A stretch of 10,670 nt of DNA from an archaeon (lineage in GTDB: Archaea; Iainarchaeota; Iainarchaeia; Iainarchaeales; CSSED10-239): contig JBAYPN010000025.1 of assembly GCA_041677685.1 (NCBI GenBank), forward strand, positions 1 to 10,670, written 5' to 3'. Shown here piece after piece: positions 7,424 through 10,670 of the stretch. Every line of letters starts with the position of its first letter. Positions within the stretch are counted from its first letter, which is position 1. The notes beneath the pieces are model-generated. The model saw only the letters and a list, made by a program, of their open reading frames with translations. It ran no database searches and was not told the DNA's origin. Position numbers and translations under genes: made by a program.

Positions 7424-7554
7424 AGTTGTTGTAATTATTGTTAGAAGTAATGTTATTTTTTTGAGTTCATAATTTATTTTCTTTTCATATATTTTGTTAA
7501 TAATTGAATTTTTTATATAATTATTAATCTTAAATTTTATAAATAGAATTAATT

Positions 7555-8223
7555 TTATAGAAGATTATTTTCTTTAAAACTAAAATATTTGTCTTTAGTA
7601 ATAATAAGGTGGTCAAGAAGTTTTATATCTAAGAGCTTTAGGCTCTTTTCCAGTTCTCTTGTTGTGACTTTGTCTTGATGGGATGGTTGGTTGATGTCAG
7701 AGGGATGATTGTGGGCTATAATTATTGCTTGTGCATTTTCTTGAATTCCTGTTTTTACAATTTCTTTTGCAGAGATTAATGTTTGGTCATCTGTTCCAAT
7801 ATTTATTAATTTTTTTGAAACTATTTTGTTTCCTTTAAGATACACAGCTATTAGGTGTTCTTGTGTTTTTTCTTCTAAGTCATATTTTATAATATCATAG
7901 ACTTGTTTTGGAGAATAGATCTTTAGATCATTATTTGTTTCTTTTAGATTAATTCTTTTATTAATTTCAAAAATTGCTTTTATTTGGCAGGCTTTAACTT
8001 TTCCAATTCCCTTTATAGAGTCTAGTTCTGTTATTGAACAATTTTTTAATTTGTTGATTGGGTATTTTGAAAGAATGAGATTAGAGAGGTCAATAATATT
8101 ATTGCCCTTTGTTCCATTTTTAAGAATGATTGCAAGAAGTTCTGCTGTTGACAATGTTTCAGGGCCTTTTTCCAATAATCTTTCAAGTGGTCTATTTTCT
8201 AAAGGTATATCTTTTATTCTCAT
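7555..8223 (-). CDS. radC: RadC-like JAB/MPN domain protein (UPF0758 family)
   Basis: The N-terminal helix-hairpin-helix region is typical of RadC (LSTAELLAIILKNGTKG, ELDSIKGIGKVKACQI). The C-terminal JAMM motif 'AHNHPSDINQPSHQD' matches HxHPSGxxxPSxxD, with G replaced by D. Confidence 0.9.
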   Translation of the reverse strand: MRIKDIPLENRPLERLLEKGPETLSTAELLAIILKNGTKGNNIIDLSNLILSKYPINKLKNCSITELDSIKGIGKVKACQIKAIFEINKRINLKETNNDLKIYSPKQVYDIIKYDLEEKTQEHLIAVYLKGNKIVSKKLINIGTDDQTLISAKEIVKTGIQENAQAIIIAHNHPSDINQPSHQDKVTTRELEKSLKLLDIKLLDHLIITKDKYFSFKENNLL

Positions 8224-8235
8224 ATTTAATCTTCT

Positions 8236-8985
8236 TTATTTATTTATTTTCCAGTATCCTCCTTTGTTAGCAACAATCCTCTGTAGGATACCTTTTTCTT
8301 TTAATTTTTTAATATTTCTTTCGATAGCCCTTAAATCTTTATTTAATAATAAATTTAGGTTATTTGCAGTAATATTCTTAGATTTAATTATATTGAATAT
8401 AATTTCTTTTTGTAAATTTGATAAATTTATACCAGCAATTATATTGGCATTTTTAGATTTGTTTTCATCTTCGTTCTTCCTTTGAAATGTTATACTAAAA
8501 TCTAATAAATCTGTGGGAAATTTAGGTTTTTGTAATTTTTTTTTAAGATAATTAATTATATTAGATATTCCTCTTCCCCAAGTATCAATTAGTCCAGTAT
8601 AATAAAATATTTTTACAATTTGTTTATTTCTTAAGATAGACTTCTGTTCTTTAAATAATTTAGGTATTGTGAGACTTTTAGGTAATGTTTCTAGATTTGA
8701 AATAACAACTTTTGTGTCAGAGATTTTAATATATGTGAAACTAGGGATTAAATACACCCTATGTATAAAAGCATTAATGATTGCTTCTCTTAGTACTTCA
8801 ATTAGTATTTCCCAAGTTTCAACTCTATTCTTCCACTCTAACTTATGGGACTCTTTTAACTTTTTTGCAAATTTACTATTAATTTCACAATTCATGTCTG
8901 CCCACATTTTTCTCCACACCCATAAATGAACAATTCCTTTAACAGGAGGTGGAGAAAAGACCCCCAAATCTGAGAGCCTTTCCAA
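8236..8985 (-). CDS. Putative transcriptional regulator with HATPase_c_4-like and C-terminal winged-HTH domains, lacking the usual N-terminal AlbA_2/Schlafen-type domain; possible gene remnant
   Basis: 'LREAIINAFIHRVY' matches the family signature 'REAlxNAxxHRDY', with D replaced by V. Also present are 'SILRNKQIVKIFYYTGLIDTWGRGISNI' (RNP...E.wGtGi motif) and a C-terminal wHTH-like 'ITANNLNLLLNKDLRAIERNIKKLKEKGILQRI'. Only about 45 aa precede the signature, whereas full-length relatives have roughly 200 aa there. The listed start is a TTG at 8985, and the first ATG is at 8907. The gene lies 12 nt upstream of radC on the same strand. Confidence 0.7.
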   Translation of the reverse strand: MERLSDLGVFSPPPVKGIVHLWVWRKMWADMNCEINSKFAKKLKESHKLEWKNRVETWEILIEVLREAIINAFIHRVYLIPSFTYIKISDTKVVISNLETLPKSLTIPKLFKEQKSILRNKQIVKIFYYTGLIDTWGRGISNIINYLKKKLQKPKFPTDLLDFSITFQRKNEDENKSKNANIIAGINLSNLQKEIIFNIIKSKNITANNLNLLLNKDLRAIERNIKKLKEKGILQRIVANKGGYWKINK

Positions 8986-9036
8986 TGTAATAGTCTAATA
9001 TATATTACAGCTTCATAACCCTAGTCAATTTCTAAG

Positions 9037-9091
9037 GGGGGTAGTTTGCCGAGAAAAGCTTTTTTAAAACACTTCTTGGCAAACTACCTCC
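9037..9091 (+). repeat. GC-rich inverted repeat forming a 19-bp hairpin with a 17-nt loop in the divergent intergenic region
   Basis: The 5' arm GGGGGTAGTTTGCCGAGAA (9037-9055) pairs with the 3' arm TTCTTGGCAAACTACCTCC (9073-9091). That gives 17 Watson-Crick pairs plus 2 G-U pairs (9039-9089 and 9051-9077) when read as plus-strand RNA. On the minus strand those two positions become C-A mismatches. The loop is AAGCTTTTTTAAAACAC. The arms are about half G+C in a strongly AT-rich background. Confidence 0.8.
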
Positions 9092-9153
9092 AAAACAATT
9101 ATAAATTCTTTTAAACCCTATATTTAATATTAATAAAAAAATAAAGATAAAAC

Positions 9154-10374
9154 ATGAAATACTCACATTCCTCAATGGAAACTTTTAGAAATTGCCCACT
9201 TCAATTTAAATATAATTATATAATTAAACCAGACATAACTATTAAAAAAAACATCGAAGCATTTATGGGTTCAATGGTGCATGACTCTTTAGAAAAACTA
9301 TATAAAGATCTAAAATATAATAAATTAAATTCAATTGAAGAAATAGTAGATTATTATAATTCAATTTGGAAAGAAAATTACTCCTTAGATGAGGTAGAAA
9401 TTATTAGAAAAGGTTACACTGAAGAAAACTATAGATCTTTAGGTGAAAAATATTTAATTGAATATTATAATAGATATAGACCTTTTGATGAAGGTAAAGT
9501 CCTAGGATTAGAAATAAAAATAAATATTAATTTATATGATTCTTTAAAAGAAAAAAATTATGAAATTATTGGTTACATTGACAGGTTAACATTATTAGAT
9601 GACAACCACATAGAAATTGGAGACTATAAGACAAACAACGCTGCAAAAACACAACAAGAGGTTGATATTGATAAGCAACTTGCTTTATATGCAATAGCTA
9701 TAAAACAATCTTATCCCTTTGTAGAAAAAATAGATCTTTCTTGGTATTTTCTTTCAGCAGGAATAAAACAAGTTTCATCAAGAACTAACTTACAGCTTGA
9801 GGCTTTAAAAAAAGAAGTTATTGAAACAATAAGAGAAATAGAAGAAGCAAAAGAAAAAGATAAATTTGATGCAAAGCCATCAGCTCTTTGTGATTGGTGT
9901 TCTTATAGATCAATATGCCCTTACAAATCACATGATTTGTTGGACACTTTACCACCACTCCCTGAAAATAAATATCTTAAAGAAAAAGGTGTCTTCCTTA
10001 TAGACAAGTATGATGAGTTAACAGAAAAGAAAAAGATTTTAACAAAAGAAGTTGATAAAGATTTAGAGGATCTAAAAGAGGCAATCATTGTTTATTCTAA
10101 GAAAAATAATTTAGATAAATTATTTGGAACTAATAAAAACTTACTAATAAGATCATATGATTCAATTAAGCTTCCTGAAAAGGACTCTAAGAAAAGAGAA
10201 GAATTAGAACTATTAATTAAGAATAATAATTTTTGGGAATTTTTCTCAGACCTTTCTTATATCAAGATCTCTAATCTTTTAAAGGAAGATTTTTTATCTT
10301 CTGATTTTAAAAAAGAGATTTTAAAATATATTTCCTTAGATAAGATCTATAGACTTTATTTAAATAAAAAATAA
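9154..10374 (+). CDS. PD-(D/E)XK nuclease of the Cas4/AddB/RecB-exonuclease type (PDDEXK_1) with a 4-Cys Fe-S cluster motif and a ~150-aa C-terminal extension of unknown function
   Basis: The N-terminal 'YSHSSMETFRNCPLQFKY' carries Cys14. Motif II is 'GYIDRL' (D143), motif III is 'EIGDYKT' (D157-x-K159), and QxxxY is 'KQLALYA'. The C-terminal Cys triad C246-x2-C249-x5-C255 (LCDWCSYRSICP, nt 9889-9918) has exactly the Cas4/AddB C...CxxCx5C spacing. Residues about 260-406 are K/E/L-rich with no motif I recognise. Confidence 0.85.
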   Translation: MKYSHSSMETFRNCPLQFKYNYIIKPDITIKKNIEAFMGSMVHDSLEKLYKDLKYNKLNSIEEIVDYYNSIWKENYSLDEVEIIRKGYTEENYRSLGEKYLIEYYNRYRPFDEGKVLGLEIKININLYDSLKEKNYEIIGYIDRLTLLDDNHIEIGDYKTNNAAKTQQEVDIDKQLALYAIAIKQSYPFVEKIDLSWYFLSAGIKQVSSRTNLQLEALKKEVIETIREIEEAKEKDKFDAKPSALCDWCSYRSICPYKSHDLLDTLPPLPENKYLKEKGVFLIDKYDELTEKKKILTKEVDKDLEDLKEAIIVYSKKNNLDKLFGTNKNLLIRSYDSIKLPEKDSKKREELELLIKNNNFWEFFSDLSYIKISNLLKEDFLSSDFKKEILKYISLDKIYRLYLNKK

Positions 10375-10420
10375 AATTCAAATAAAAGATAAAAAATAAA
10401 ATTTAAATAAAAGATAAAAA
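10371..10420. repeat. 25-bp tandem direct repeat, 2 copies, starting within the nuclease stop codon region
   Basis: ATAAAATTCAAATAAAAGATAAAAA (10371-10395) is followed directly by ATAAAATTTAAATAAAAGATAAAAA (10396-10420). The copies are 24/25 identical, differing only at C10379 versus T10404. Confidence 0.8.
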
Positions 10421-10544
10421 GAATAGGTATTAAAAGCCTTTCTTAACTTAAAATACTACTCGAACTATTTTTTAATATTGGCTGCAACATGATTACTTTA
10501 TAAACTTTACGTAGTTAATATTATTTACGATGTAATAATTTTAA

Positions 10545-10670
10545 AATTAAAATTAAAACAATTAAAATTAAAACAATTAAAATTAAAACAATTAAAATTA
10601 AAACAATTAAAATTAAAACAATTAAAATTAAAACAATTAAAATTAAAACAATTAAAATTAAAACAATTAA
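10545..10670. repeat. Perfect 15-bp tandem repeat (AATTAAAATTAAAAC), at least 8 copies, truncated by the window end
   Basis: One unit lies at 10545-10559, followed by a single extra A at 10560. Seven identical units then run from 10561 to 10665, with a partial unit (AATTA) at 10666-10670. Each unit is TTAAAA-TTAAAA-CAA in another register. No spacers separate the units. Confidence 0.95.

Noticed and set aside
8986-9009. Small inverted repeat TGTAATA...TATTACA (8986-8992 and 9003-9009) next to the regulator start codon
   Set aside because: A 7-bp, all-AT-rich stem is expected by chance in this composition. It is far weaker than the neighbouring 19-bp hairpin.
9037-9091. tRNA, or a split-tRNA half as in Nanoarchaeum, suggested by the 'GGGGGTAG...GCCGAG' opening and the 'ACCTCCA' 3' end
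   Set aside because: The 55 nt fold as one continuous 19-bp helix. There are no D, anticodon or T arms and no GTTCRANNC T-loop. It cannot form a cloverleaf, and I see no separate GC-rich trans-pairing leader.
10545-10670. Possible CRISPR array at the window end, next to a Cas4-like gene
   Set aside because: The repeats are directly adjacent 15-mers with no spacers. The unit is far shorter than CRISPR repeats and is almost pure A/T. It is a tandem minisatellite, not a CRISPR array.
1-10670. Alternative genetic code or stop-codon recoding
   Set aside because: All recognisable genes translate full-length with conserved C-termini under the standard code, and both TAA and TGA act as terminators. 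No in-frame stop interrupts a conserved domain.

Overview
Visibly AT-rich, tightly packed prokaryotic DNA read with the standard genetic code. The SRP54 sequence is clearly the archaeal type, and almost no gene has a Shine-Dalgarno sequence. My inference is a small-genome archaeon, possibly DPANN-like. Positions 717-7005 form a co-directional plus-strand housekeeping block: SRP54, a 320-aa basic hypothetical protein, an A24 prepilin/preflagellin peptidase, an MFS-like permease, a short bacterial-type tRNA-guanine transglycosylase, and a GNAT acetyltransferase joined to it by an ATGA overlap. The left edge (3-534) carries a HEPN-motif ORF followed 1 nt later by a 38-aa PIN-like stub. The right third (6998-10670) looks accessory. 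On the minus strand it holds a small coiled-coil protein, a RadC-like JAB protein, and an N-terminally truncated HATPase_c_4 plus winged-HTH regulator. Next come a GC-rich 19-bp hairpin and a divergent stand-alone Cas4/AddB-type Fe-S PD-(D/E)XK nuclease with a long unknown C-terminal extension. A 25-bp tandem duplication follows, and a perfect 15-bp tandem array runs off the window end. I found no CRISPR array, tRNA, rRNA or recognisable transposase. I cannot name a complete known defence or mobile system here. The best candidates for something new are the RadC/regulator/hairpin/nuclease/repeat patch, the HEPN-PIN remnant and the bacterial-type Tgt in an archaeal context. All are hypotheses built from motifs read by eye.
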